Source: an uncultured Candidatus Saccharibacteria bacterium
GTDB lineage: Bacteria > Patescibacteriota > Saccharimonadia > Saccharimonadales > AWTP1-31
Length of the DNA: 64,000 bases
Direction of reading: 5' to 3'
Assembly (NCBI GenBank): GCA_964629815.1
Contig: CAZVTA010000002.1
Span: forward strand, 66,096-130,095
Part shown: positions 1 through 9,172 of the stretch, one piece after another
Position numbering within the stretch: position 1 is the stretch's first letter
Layout: the number at the start of each line of letters is the position of its first letter
Position numbers and translations under genes: made by a program
Notes under the pieces: model-generated
The model's input: only the letters and a program-made list of their open reading frames with translations
Database searches by the model: none
Told to the model about the DNA's origin: nothing

Positions 1-1
1 G

Positions 2-679
2 CCACCCGATGCACGTCTTATCAACCCGTATTCATCCAATTTTGAACCAATTAAAACACCGGTCGACGACCGAGGGATTATCGACATTGATCGTCTTATA
101 GATGACGTAAAAGCCACTGTAGATCCGTCATACGATTGGCCACTTGAAGCGAATGTCCACCACTTTTACTGGCCAGAGGCCAATTACATCGATACTATAC
201 GCCCAAAGGATCCGCTTGATTCCTTGCGGGTCTTTCGTGAATTATCTATTCATAGAGGCTACGTACCGCGTGTGTTCGAAAACTGGCTGCACCTCGTAAC
301 CGCTCCACCCGAAATACCCGATCGCGAAGTTCGACACTATCGTGTCGAGGCGTGGCTTGTTGCGCGCGATCTGTTTAGAATGGCACGCAAAACCATTGCC
401 TGCGAAAAAAATATAGACAAACGATACCGACAGATTAAAAGAAACCCACACATCCTAAAACCAGAGTTTGGTGGCGTCGATGTTATTGGCGAAGAAATCT
501 TGCTCGAAGCGTGGGACAAAAACTTCCGTGGCTACGAACAGCAACGGGCACGGCACAACCATATTCCACCAGAATTTCACTTAATCGACCTGGATAGCTC
601 TCCTGCCGAAGTTGCGAAAGAGCTTGGCAGAATGGTCGTGCCTCGGTCGCTACGACTCGTAAACCGCTGGGCGGCCTAG
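2..679 (+). CDS. hypothetical protein, 5'-truncated by window edge
   Basis: Translated by eye, the frame is open from base 2 (PPDARLINPYSS...) to TAG at 677-679. The track's TTG at 224 is only the first in-window start. No confidently nameable domain. Confidence 0.55.
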   Translation, partial: PPDARLINPYSSNFEPIKTPVDDRGIIDIDRLIDDVKATVDPSYDWPLEANVHHFYWPEANYIDTIRPKDPLDSLRVFRELSIHRGYVPRVFENWLHLVTAPPEIPDREVRHYRVEAWLVARDLFRMARKTIACEKNIDKRYRQIKRNPHILKPEFGGVDVIGEEILLEAWDKNFRGYEQQRARHNHIPPEFHLIDLDSSPAEVAKELGRMVVPRSLRLVNRWAA

Positions 680-680
680 C

Positions 681-2885
681 CTACCTTACATCGTCGATAG
701 GGCGATCCGGCGACTCGTCTGGCATATCGTCGTATACATCACCATCGTCGGCAGAACTGGCGCCATCACCACCAAAGACTTGGTCGACACTACTAACAAG
801 CACATCGCGCGGGCGCGATCCGTCTGCCGGGCTAATAATGCCCCGTTCTTCCATGGTTTCAATTAGCCGTGCAGCTTTTCCGTAACCTATACGTAACTTA
901 CGCTGCAGCAAGCTCGTGCTTGCTTTACGGGCCTGTATAACAACTTCTACAGCTTGCTTAAAGATTGGTTCGTCTGCTGAGTCTACATCTGCAACCACAC
1001 CACCACGTCCGTTAAGCTGCACAGGCATGCTAACCACTTCATCGTCATACGATGGATCGCGCTGTGCACGGATAAAGTCGGTTACCTTGAGCGTCTCTTC
1101 GTCGTCAATAAATGCACCCTGTATACGTACTGGCTTAGGCATTTCGGCAGTAGACAGCAACATATCACCTTTACCGAGCAGCTTCTCTGCACCAATCTGG
1201 TCGATAATGGTTCGAGAGTCTACCTGGCTGGTAGTCGTAAACGCGATACGAGCAGGCACGTTTGCTTTAATAAGCCCGGTAATTACATCGACACTTGGGC
1301 GCTGTGTTGCCAGTACCAAGTGGATACCCACAGCACGTGCCTTCTGGGCGATACGCACAATAAGTGCTTCTACGTCGCGAGCTGCTACCATCATCAGATC
1401 GGCCAACTCGTCGATTACAACTACGATGTATGGCATACCTTCTTCTTTTTTAATTGCGTTGTATTCGACAATATTACGCCGGTGAATCTCGCTGAGCGCT
1501 TTATAGCGTCGCTCCATTTCAGCAACCGTCCATTTGAGTGCACTAATACACTTTTCGGGCTCGGTTATAACCGGAGTAAGCAAATGCGGGATACCATCGT
1601 ATGGCTTTAGTTCTACCTGCTTTGGGTCAACGAGTATCAGTTTGAGGTCTGACGGACTATTGCGATACAAAAGGCTCGTTAAAATCGTGTTTATCATAAC
1701 ACTCTTACCAGAACCGGTCTGACCTGCAACCAAAACGTGTGGCATCTTGGCAAGGTTCTGAATAATAGGTCGGCCGGCAATATCTTTACCAACCGCAAAT
1801 GATAACGGCTCTTTGCTTGCGCCCCAATCTTGCGATTCGAGTAAGCTAACAATACGTACCGTGGCTGGCCTGAGGTTTGGCACTTCTATACCAACAAGCT
1901 TCTTGCCAGGAATTGGTGCTTCCATACGAATAGATTTTGCAGCAAGATCGAGTTTGACGTTGTCTTCGAGGGCGGTAATCTTGGTCAACTTAGTGCCAGC
2001 GGGTGGCTTAAGGGTATACTGCGTAACACTTGGACCAATATTCGCCCCTTCCATATCAACCGAGATACTGAAATTTTCGAACGTTTCGCGAATTATCTGT
2101 GCGTTACCTTCAACGTCGCCAGGATCTGCTTTATCTTGTTTGTGATTTAACAGATCAGTACCCGGTAACTTCCAGTTGGGGTCGCTTGCTACCGTTAGTG
2201 CGCTGTGGTCTTCTTTTGGTGCAAGTTTTTGCGCCGAGTTCTTAAGACTTGCCGACTTCATTGCAGCCCCATGATGCTCGATTGGCACACCCTCGTTGAG
2301 TTTGAACGCATGGTCGCCAGCCTTGGCACGAAGTGCCCCTAGGTCAGAATCTGCTTCGGGACGCTTAAACAGCGCACCAAGCTTGAGTATAACTTTGGGC
2401 GAGATTGCAAAGGCAAAGAAAAACGACAAGACCGCAAAGATAAAGAACATAATAGCAGCCGGTAACGGTGTTATGGCATTGAGCACTAGGTCTCCTATAA
2501 ATCGGCCAATATTGCCCCCTTTCCCTTCTACGACTTCGGGGCCAACTTTGGTGCCTAGTGCAATATGCAGCCAGCTGGCAGTTAAGAACAGTCCCGATAA
2601 CATGCTTATAAAATTACTAAGCGGTATCTGTCGATCTTCACTGGTAAACTTCAATATACCGAAATAGGTTAATGCTATTGGTGTAAGATACGCCCCCCAC
2701 CCAAATAGCCAATAGGCAGCCCCGAATAGCCCCTGCGGCAATGGCCCACCAGACCCAAACCCACCAAGAAGCAAGAACAATGCGAGCAATATCATAAGTA
2801 TTGCTCCAGCTAATGGCCAAAAGGCCGATCGCTGCTCTTCGGCTGGAGTTGGTTTTCTTCGTCTTGTTTGTTTTCGTTTTGCCAT
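681..2885 (-). CDS. ftsK: DNA translocase FtsK/SpoIIIE
   Basis: N-terminal TM helices. Walker A is GQTGSGKS and Walker B region is VVVIDELADLMM. C-terminal gamma wHTH reads LLQRKLRIGYGKAARLIETMEERGII. Confidence 0.93.
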   Translation of the reverse strand: MAKRKQTRRRKPTPAEEQRSAFWPLAGAILMILLALFLLLGGFGSGGPLPQGLFGAAYWLFGWGAYLTPIALTYFGILKFTSEDRQIPLSNFISMLSGLFLTASWLHIALGTKVGPEVVEGKGGNIGRFIGDLVLNAITPLPAAIMFFIFAVLSFFFAFAISPKVILKLGALFKRPEADSDLGALRAKAGDHAFKLNEGVPIEHHGAAMKSASLKNSAQKLAPKEDHSALTVASDPNWKLPGTDLLNHKQDKADPGDVEGNAQIIRETFENFSISVDMEGANIGPSVTQYTLKPPAGTKLTKITALEDNVKLDLAAKSIRMEAPIPGKKLVGIEVPNLRPATVRIVSLLESQDWGASKEPLSFAVGKDIAGRPIIQNLAKMPHVLVAGQTGSGKSVMINTILTSLLYRNSPSDLKLILVDPKQVELKPYDGIPHLLTPVITEPEKCISALKWTVAEMERRYKALSEIHRRNIVEYNAIKKEEGMPYIVVVIDELADLMMVAARDVEALIVRIAQKARAVGIHLVLATQRPSVDVITGLIKANVPARIAFTTTSQVDSRTIIDQIGAEKLLGKGDMLLSTAEMPKPVRIQGAFIDDEETLKVTDFIRAQRDPSYDDEVVSMPVQLNGRGGVVADVDSADEPIFKQAVEVVIQARKASTSLLQRKLRIGYGKAARLIETMEERGIISPADGSRPRDVLVSSVDQVFGGDGASSADDGDVYDDMPDESPDRPIDDVR

Positions 2886-2972
2886 AGACTACCCGCAATT
2901 ATAGCATCTGTTAGCATTAACAGAATAACTGTTGCCTATTATAGCTTTTTTTACAACGCGTGTCAAGATTCC

Positions 2973-5048
2973 TTACTTTGGGTCTTGGTTGAGGAGCTTC
3001 GCGCGCATCTCCTGGAAACGCCTCTGTACTTCGTCGGCCTGGTCCTCTACTTTGGGTTCTGCTGTTTTAGGGTTCTGCTGTTTACCGTTTCCACCCTGCT
3101 GGCCATTTTGCTGACGCCCGCCACCGGCACCACTCACTACATTTACCACTGGAATAACAATAGGGCTGCGCTGAGTTTGGTCGAATAAGAAGTGTGTAAC
3201 ATGTTCTCGCAGCTCCTGCTTAAATCTATCGAGATCGACACGACGATAGCGCTGTTGTACTGCTCGCTTCAACTCTGCGCGCAAACTTGTCATAAGCTCC
3301 TCGCTATCGCGCATATAGATGAATCCTCGACTAATAATATCGGGGCTCGTTAACAAAGCGCCTGATTTCTTATCGATTGTCAGCACGATAGCTACTAAAC
3401 CTTCTTCGCTAAGCATAACGCGGTCTTTTACGACCACACCGCTCACAACTGCTCCCGTCTGATCGACAAGCAAGCTACCATGTGGCACTTGACCAGCCTC
3501 TTGATGCCCGTTTTCGTCAAAATACACGCTGTCACCATTGTTGAGTAACAAGACATTGTTCCTGTTCCAGCCTTCTTCGATTGCTATCTCAGCATGATAC
3601 TTACGTCGAAGCGCACCGGCGTGCACCGGCAAGACATATTTTGGTCGAATAATATGCATCATCTCGCGCATTTCGTCTCGGCGAGCGTGACCAGACACGT
3701 GTAGTGGGCCGCAGCCGTCAATTTCGTGGGTTGGATGCCTGAAAAGATGCACGCCAAGTTTGGCAAGGTTGTTGCCAATCATGTCGTAGCGAATTTCGTT
3801 TCCGGGAATTGGCGATGAGCTTACTACAACTGTATCGCCCGGCTTAAGCTTAATGTACTTGTGTGTACCTTCGCTCATTTTCTGCAAGGCTGCATTTGGT
3901 TCGCCTTGTCCGCCAGTGGCCATCACAAGAATTTTTTCATCTGGTATATTGGCGATGTCGCGCATAGCCATGAACGTACCCTTTGGTACCTTTAAAATTC
4001 CTTGACGAACTGCAATTTCTGCATAGCTCATCATGCTACGCCCATCGAGTGCAACTTTTCGACCGGCGGCAACAGCCGCGTTTACGATCATCTGGATTCG
4101 GTTCATATTACTCGAAAACACCGCACAGAATATACGTCCGTGAGACTGCTCTATAACATCATGAAAACTTTGCTGCAAGGTATGTTCGGTTGGCGTACGA
4201 CCTTCTGAGTCGGAGTAGCTACTCTCGGTTAGCAGCAACATGACTCCTTCGTCACCAAGTTGCTTTAGCCTTGATATATCACTTGGATGATGGTCGAGTG
4301 GTTCTGGGTCGAGGCGAAAATCACCCGTTGCGATAATGCGCCCAACGGGCGTATCGATACATACCGACGATGCCTCGGGGATTGAGTGTGTGATACGAAT
4401 AAGTTCGATGGTAAATACCCCAACCTTCAAGCGTTCGTGGCCATCCATATTCATCACCATTAGCTTGGGCGTAAACGTTTCCGTGCCTGCAGGAAGATCT
4501 TCAAACGTCTTTTCCACGACGCCAAGAGTAAAGCGCGATCCGTAAATTGGTGCAGGAAACATTGGCACAATGTGCTTTAGGCCGCCTATATGGTCAAGAT
4601 GGCCATGTGTTATAACATAGCCCTTAATCTTATGCTTTATGGTTTCAAGGTACGAAGGGTCAGCAATTTCGTAGTTAATACCCGGCAAATCAACGCCAAG
4701 ATTGTTACCGCAATCGAGAATAATCGCATCGTTCTGATACTCAATAATTGCCGTGTTCTTCTCACCAACATCGTCGAGACCCCCAAGGAATGTTAATTTG
4801 AGCTTATCGAATGCATCGGTAATTTTATTGGCTCGACGTGCTTCTTGAGGCTTATTTGCTGCCGATGCATACTGGCTGACAAGTTTGTGTGCATCGTCGG
4901 CATTGCGCTTTTGAGCGCGAATTGCAGCACCACGCGAAGCGGCACGAATTGGCGTTGGGCCGCTGATTGGTCGGCCTTTGCCCTGTTTATTATTCTGGTT
5001 GTTTCGTTGCCCATTTTTATTCCTTGGGCTTTGTTTTGGTTGTTCCAT
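2973..5048 (-). CDS. rnj: ribonuclease J (metallo-beta-lactamase/beta-CASP) with basic low-complexity N- and C-terminal tails
   Basis: HGHLDHIGG motif and overall RNase J layout. I prefer the ATG at 5048 (MEQPKQ), which follows AAAGGAAAAT, over the track start at 5087, which would overlap the UDG gene. Confidence 0.9.
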   Translation of the reverse strand: MEQPKQSPRNKNGQRNNQNNKQGKGRPISGPTPIRAASRGAAIRAQKRNADDAHKLVSQYASAANKPQEARRANKITDAFDKLKLTFLGGLDDVGEKNTAIIEYQNDAIILDCGNNLGVDLPGINYEIADPSYLETIKHKIKGYVITHGHLDHIGGLKHIVPMFPAPIYGSRFTLGVVEKTFEDLPAGTETFTPKLMVMNMDGHERLKVGVFTIELIRITHSIPEASSVCIDTPVGRIIATGDFRLDPEPLDHHPSDISRLKQLGDEGVMLLLTESSYSDSEGRTPTEHTLQQSFHDVIEQSHGRIFCAVFSSNMNRIQMIVNAAVAAGRKVALDGRSMMSYAEIAVRQGILKVPKGTFMAMRDIANIPDEKILVMATGGQGEPNAALQKMSEGTHKYIKLKPGDTVVVSSSPIPGNEIRYDMIGNNLAKLGVHLFRHPTHEIDGCGPLHVSGHARRDEMREMMHIIRPKYVLPVHAGALRRKYHAEIAIEEGWNRNNVLLLNNGDSVYFDENGHQEAGQVPHGSLLVDQTGAVVSGVVVKDRVMLSEEGLVAIVLTIDKKSGALLTSPDIISRGFIYMRDSEELMTSLRAELKRAVQQRYRRVDLDRFKQELREHVTHFLFDQTQRSPIVIPVVNVVSGAGGGRQQNGQQGGNGKQQNPKTAEPKVEDQADEVQRRFQEMRAKLLNQDPK

Positions 5049-5076
5049 ATTTTCCTTTCTTATTAGAAGAGATTTA

Positions 5077-5667
5077 TTATTGTTCAATTTGTTTTGCTAT
5101 AACGGGAACTCGAGCGAAGTCGTCCATGAGGACTGCCCGCATACTACCGTTATAGAGTGCTGCTGCAGGATGATAGAGCGGTAAAATAACCCACGTCTGC
5201 TGTTTTCCCTGCACCATTACTTGTATGCGTTTGGGTTGGCCATGAATGGCGCTAATCTGTAAACCCGGCAGGAAGCAATTAGTACTATGGCGACCCAAGG
5301 TAACAATTATCTTGGGGCTAATCGCTGCTAGCTGAGCATACAGAAATGGCAAGAACGCCTCTTTTTCTTCGGGCAATGGATCCCGATTGTTAGGGGGGCG
5401 ATACTTGACTATATTGGTTATGTAAATGTCCGAGCGGTCTAGGTCTACACTCGCAAGCATTTCATCTAGAAATTTTCCCGCAGCTCCAACGAATGGCTTG
5501 CCGTGCAGATCTTCGTTTTTACCTGGTGCTTCGCCAACAAATACGATGTCTGCGTCGGCATTACCCGTGCCGAATACCAGTTGTGTGGCCTGTTTGGCCA
5601 AATCTGGACAGATATTTTTTTTGAGAATATCTGCCTTAATTTGGTCAAGAAGCGCTTGCTTATCCAT
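5077..5667 (-). CDS. uracil-DNA glycosylase, family 4-like (Fe-S ligands missing)
   Basis: Motifs GEAPGKNED, PFVGAAGKFLD, YITNIVKYRPPNNRDP and HPAAAL match the family-4 UDG signature. The usual cluster cysteines are substituted (see findings). Confidence 0.85.
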   Translation of the reverse strand: MDKQALLDQIKADILKKNICPDLAKQATQLVFGTGNADADIVFVGEAPGKNEDLHGKPFVGAAGKFLDEMLASVDLDRSDIYITNIVKYRPPNNRDPLPEEKEAFLPFLYAQLAAISPKIIVTLGRHSTNCFLPGLQISAIHGQPKRIQVMVQGKQQTWVILPLYHPAAALYNGSMRAVLMDDFARVPVIAKQIEQ

Positions 5668-5854
5668 GGCGACGAATCGATCGAACGATTCTATATACCC
5701 CTAATCCAAAACATAGCAAGGTGCCAAAATATTGTTGCAAGCTACCGGTGTCTATTGCTCGAAGCGCCAATACATATGACACAACCAACAACAACCCACC
5801 AGTAACTACATACCCTATTCTCGATTGCATTAGTTGTGTGGCGCGGTGTTTCAT
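5660..5854 (-). CDS. small hypothetical membrane protein (2 predicted TM)
   Basis: 64-aa ORF with two hydrophobic stretches. It overlaps the UDG start by 8 nt in the same orientation. No homology recognised. Confidence 0.35.
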   Translation of the reverse strand: MKHRATQLMQSRIGYVVTGGLLLVVSYVLALRAIDTGSLQQYFGTLLCFGLGVYRIVRSIRRHG

Positions 5855-5893
5855 TTGCTACATCTAATTTTCGAAGTCATTTGCGATACTAGA

Positions 5894-8029
5894 CTATTTG
5901 TTTCCCTTTTCACGAGCTGCTGCCTTCATACTCAATTGTAACCTACCACGGTCGTCGATGGCCACTAGTTTTACGGTTACACGATCACCTTCTTTAACCA
6001 CATCACTCGGCTTGTTAACGCGCTCTTCGCTCATCTCGCTCACATGCACCAGACCATCTTTGCCAGGTAGAATCTGCACAAAAGCACCAAAGTCCATAAC
6101 ACTAACAACAGGAACGTTTTCGTAAATTTTTCCAACTTCTGGCTCGGCAACAATAGTCTGGATCCATTGTATCGCCGCATTAATGCTTGCGCCATCGGGG
6201 CTCGCAATCATAACAGTGCCGTCGTCTTTGATGTCGATTTCTGCGCCAGTTTCAGCGGTTATCTTTTGGATCGTCTCGCCACCCTTGCCGATAACTTCTC
6301 GGATTTTGTCTGGATTAATCTTTATGGCTTCAACACGAGGAGCGTACTGGCTCATTTCTTTTCGTGGGCCATTAATAACACTAAGCATGTGATCTAATAT
6401 CTTGGCACGGCCGATTTTACCTTGCTCTAGTGCTTTGGCTAAAGTTTCTACCGGCAGACCATGTACCTTCATATCCATTTGTAGTGCCGTGATACCTTTT
6501 TCGGTACCAGTTACTTTAAAGTCCATGTCGCCTGCAAAATCTTCTGCATCGGCAATATCGCTCAAGATGAGTGGCTTGTCACCATCGAGCATTAAGCCCA
6601 TTGCAATACCACTAACCGGACGAACCAACGGTACACCGGCATCCATAAGTGCCAAACAGCTGCTACACGTTGCGGCCATACTTGTACTACCGTTTTGGCT
6701 CATGATCTCTGTTACTGAACGAATGGTGTACGGAAATACGTCTTCGCTTGGAATAACCGGCAATAACGCACGCTCGGCGAGCGCACTATGCCCAATCTCA
6801 CGTCGACCTGGGCTACCAAGTCGCTTAATCTCGCCAACGGTGTAGCCAGGAGCATTGTAATGGTGCATGTAGCGCTTCTCGGTGTCACGCTCCATTGTAT
6901 CAATAAGCTGCGCGTAGCTAGTAGGCGCAAGGGTAACAATATTCATAGCCTGAGTTAGGCCACGGGTAAATATGCTTGAGCCATGAGCACGAGGCAAAAA
7001 GCCAACCTGACTCGACAATGGTCGAATTTCGTCTAGCTTTCGGCCGTCGGGGCGAATATTTTCTTCGACAATGCCCTTGCGTACATCTTTATGCAGGCAA
7101 AGCTGGAATGCATCGTCGTATTCTCGTTTTAGATCCGCAAAATCATCGCCAAACTCTTCCTCAAAGTGTGCATGCATTTGTTCACGCAGTGCTTTTACGA
7201 GATCGTTCCGTTCAGGATATGGCGCACGTAGTCCTGCTCCGAGTTTTCCCTCGAGCCATGTATCAACACGCTGCTGAATATCTTCGTCTGGCAACGTTAA
7301 CTCATACTCTTGCTTGGTTACACCGACTTTTTTAACGAGTTCTTGCTGCAGCTTAATGGCAGGCTGGATTGCCTTGTGTCCAAATGCAAGCGCTTCAACA
7401 ATTGTCTCTTCGTTTACTTCGTTAGCGCCGGCCTCAACCATCATAATGGCATCTTCTGTACCTGCAACTACGAGGTCTAATGGACCCTCGTCATAATCTT
7501 TAGTGGCTGCAAAAGCCTGCAACTTACCGTCAACCATAGCGACTCGAACACCCGCCACAGGACCATCAAATGGGGCACCAGTTAACATAAATGCCGCGCT
7601 CATGGCAATCATTGCGATAGCGTCAGGGCGGAAGTTTGGATCCATAGAAAGTACCGTAGCAACACCCTGAACTTCGTGTCGGTAGCCTTTTGGCCATAAC
7701 GGACGAATAGGGCGATCGATAAGTCGTCCAATAAGAATAGCGTCTTCGCTTGGACGGCCTTCGCGCTTAATAAAGCGGCTGCCACTGATCTTACCCGCTG
7801 CATACATTTTTTCTTCGTAATCTATGCTAAGCGGAAAATAATCAAAGCCCTGTATTGGCTTATCGCTCACCATTGCAGTGCCAAGCACTACGGTGTCACC
7901 GTAGGTTACCATGACACTCGCAGAAGTTCTAAAGCCGACCCTTCCAACTTCAAGCGTTAGCGTTTTGCCACAAAATTCGGTCTCTACTTTTGTTATTGTT
8001 TTACCTAATGGGTTAATGATATCTCCCAC
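5894..8029 (-). CDS. pnp: polyribonucleotide nucleotidyltransferase (PNPase)
   Basis: Two RNase PH-like halves, then KH (GKGGETIQKI) and S1 (GAFVQILPGKDGLVHVSE) domains. GTG start preceded by AAGGAAA. Confidence 0.95.
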   Translation of the reverse strand: MGDIINPLGKTITKVETEFCGKTLTLEVGRVGFRTSASVMVTYGDTVVLGTAMVSDKPIQGFDYFPLSIDYEEKMYAAGKISGSRFIKREGRPSEDAILIGRLIDRPIRPLWPKGYRHEVQGVATVLSMDPNFRPDAIAMIAMSAAFMLTGAPFDGPVAGVRVAMVDGKLQAFAATKDYDEGPLDLVVAGTEDAIMMVEAGANEVNEETIVEALAFGHKAIQPAIKLQQELVKKVGVTKQEYELTLPDEDIQQRVDTWLEGKLGAGLRAPYPERNDLVKALREQMHAHFEEEFGDDFADLKREYDDAFQLCLHKDVRKGIVEENIRPDGRKLDEIRPLSSQVGFLPRAHGSSIFTRGLTQAMNIVTLAPTSYAQLIDTMERDTEKRYMHHYNAPGYTVGEIKRLGSPGRREIGHSALAERALLPVIPSEDVFPYTIRSVTEIMSQNGSTSMAATCSSCLALMDAGVPLVRPVSGIAMGLMLDGDKPLILSDIADAEDFAGDMDFKVTGTEKGITALQMDMKVHGLPVETLAKALEQGKIGRAKILDHMLSVINGPRKEMSQYAPRVEAIKINPDKIREVIGKGGETIQKITAETGAEIDIKDDGTVMIASPDGASINAAIQWIQTIVAEPEVGKIYENVPVVSVMDFGAFVQILPGKDGLVHVSEMSEERVNKPSDVVKEGDRVTVKLVAIDDRGRLQLSMKAAAREKGNK

Positions 8030-8183
8030 AGATTTCCTTTCGGTTTTGCATCGCTCACAGAGTTCAAATATACCGTGCCGCTTGCGCTTCCCAGACGTGT
8101 ATATCTGTGCACTGCGCGCGATGTGTTAGTTGGTTAATGTGCACAAGCTAGAGTGCTCGCTGTGGAGCACAAAAGTCTATGCA

Positions 8184-8450
8184 CTAACGACGAATGCCGA
8201 GTTTAGCAATAAGATCTAGATATGCTTTGCTATCGTGGTCTGCAATGTAACGAAGCAAGCGGCGACGCTTACCAACCATTTGTAGTAGGCCACGTCGAGC
8301 TGCAAAGTCTTTTTTATTGACCTTAAGGTGCTCTGTTAATTCTTTAATTCGCTCGGTAAGAATACCAACTTGCACTGCGCTACTGCCAGTGTCTTTTTTA
8401 TCTGCTTGTAATTCGGCAATTACTGCCTGTTTTTTCTCACTTGTAATCAT
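8184..8450 (-). CDS. rpsO: 30S ribosomal protein S15
   Basis: 88 aa with typical S15 sequence (GSSAVQVGILTERIKELTEHLK...RRRLLRYI). Conserved rpsO-pnp adjacency. Confidence 0.95.
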   Translation of the reverse strand: MITSEKKQAVIAELQADKKDTGSSAVQVGILTERIKELTEHLKVNKKDFAARRGLLQMVGKRRRLLRYIADHDSKAYLDLIAKLGIRR

Positions 8451-8482
8451 ACGTTATGGGTATTCTAACAGATAAGCTCATC

Positions 8483-9172
8483 TTATGCAAGATTTTTTTC
8501 TAGCGACGCTTCCGGTGTACTCGCTTCGGCAATTGACCATTTGCCAATGCTTGTACGGCGAAGATTAGTTATGTATGCACCTGTACCTAATTTTGCGCCT
8601 ATATCTGCCACCAAACTACGAATATACGTACCGCTTGAAACTTTAGTGGTGAATGTCACCAAAGGATAGTCGTAATTAATGTCAGAAATTGAATAAATAG
8701 TTATCTTTCGGGGCTCTAACTTTACATCTTTTCCCTCTCTGGCAAGCTTATAGGCTCTTTTACCGTCGACCTTAATTGCGGAGTACACTGGAGGAACTTG
8801 GGAAATTTCACCGACAAAACTGCTCGCCACATCGTTAAGTTCTTCTGCGCTAGGCATTTTGTCGGATACCTTAGTTTTTTCGCCTTCTTCGTCTGCTGTG
8901 GTGCTTGTTTGGCCAAGTTTCAGCTCTACATCGTACACCTTATCGAGCTTCATAAACTCGTCTTGTCGCTTGGTCGCCTTGCCTACAAGCACAATGAGTA
9001 GCCCCGTTGCGAGTGGGTCGAGCGTACCAGCGTGGCCAACTTTTATTTTTTGACCAGTTTGTTTACGTAGATCTGATCGAATCTTCCCAACCACATCAAA
9101 AGACGTCCAACCTTTTGGCTTATCTATAAGAATTACGTCATCCATGCCTAACAGCGTAGCATATTCACACAA
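8483..9172 (-). CDS. truB: tRNA pseudouridine(55) synthase TruB
   Basis: Catalytic motif GHAGTLDPLATGLL, plus ILIDKPKGWTSFDVV. The true start may be the internal ATG at 9145 (MDDVILIDKP). Confidence 0.9.
   Translation of the reverse strand: MCEYATLLGMDDVILIDKPKGWTSFDVVGKIRSDLRKQTGQKIKVGHAGTLDPLATGLLIVLVGKATKRQDEFMKLDKVYDVELKLGQTSTTADEEGEKTKVSDKMPSAEELNDVASSFVGEISQVPPVYSAIKVDGKRAYKLAREGKDVKLEPRKITIYSISDINYDYPLVTFTTKVSSGTYIRSLVADIGAKLGTGAYITNLRRTSIGKWSIAEASTPEASLEKNLA

Noticed and set aside
2-679. Possible HNH-like nuclease pattern (NVHHFYWP ... RVFENWLHLV) in the edge-truncated first ORF.
   Set aside because: Only an HH...N...H spacing is visible. There are no zinc-ligand cysteines or other supporting motifs, and the N-terminus is missing. 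This is too weak to call, so it is left as hypothetical.
916-2667. Several plus-strand ORFs (189, 96, 110 and 123 aa) across the ftsK region.
   Set aside because: They are antisense to a full-length FtsK with intact motifs, and their sequences are low-complexity. The same reasoning applies to antisense ORFs within rnj, pnp, polA, dnaG, argS, valS and murE.
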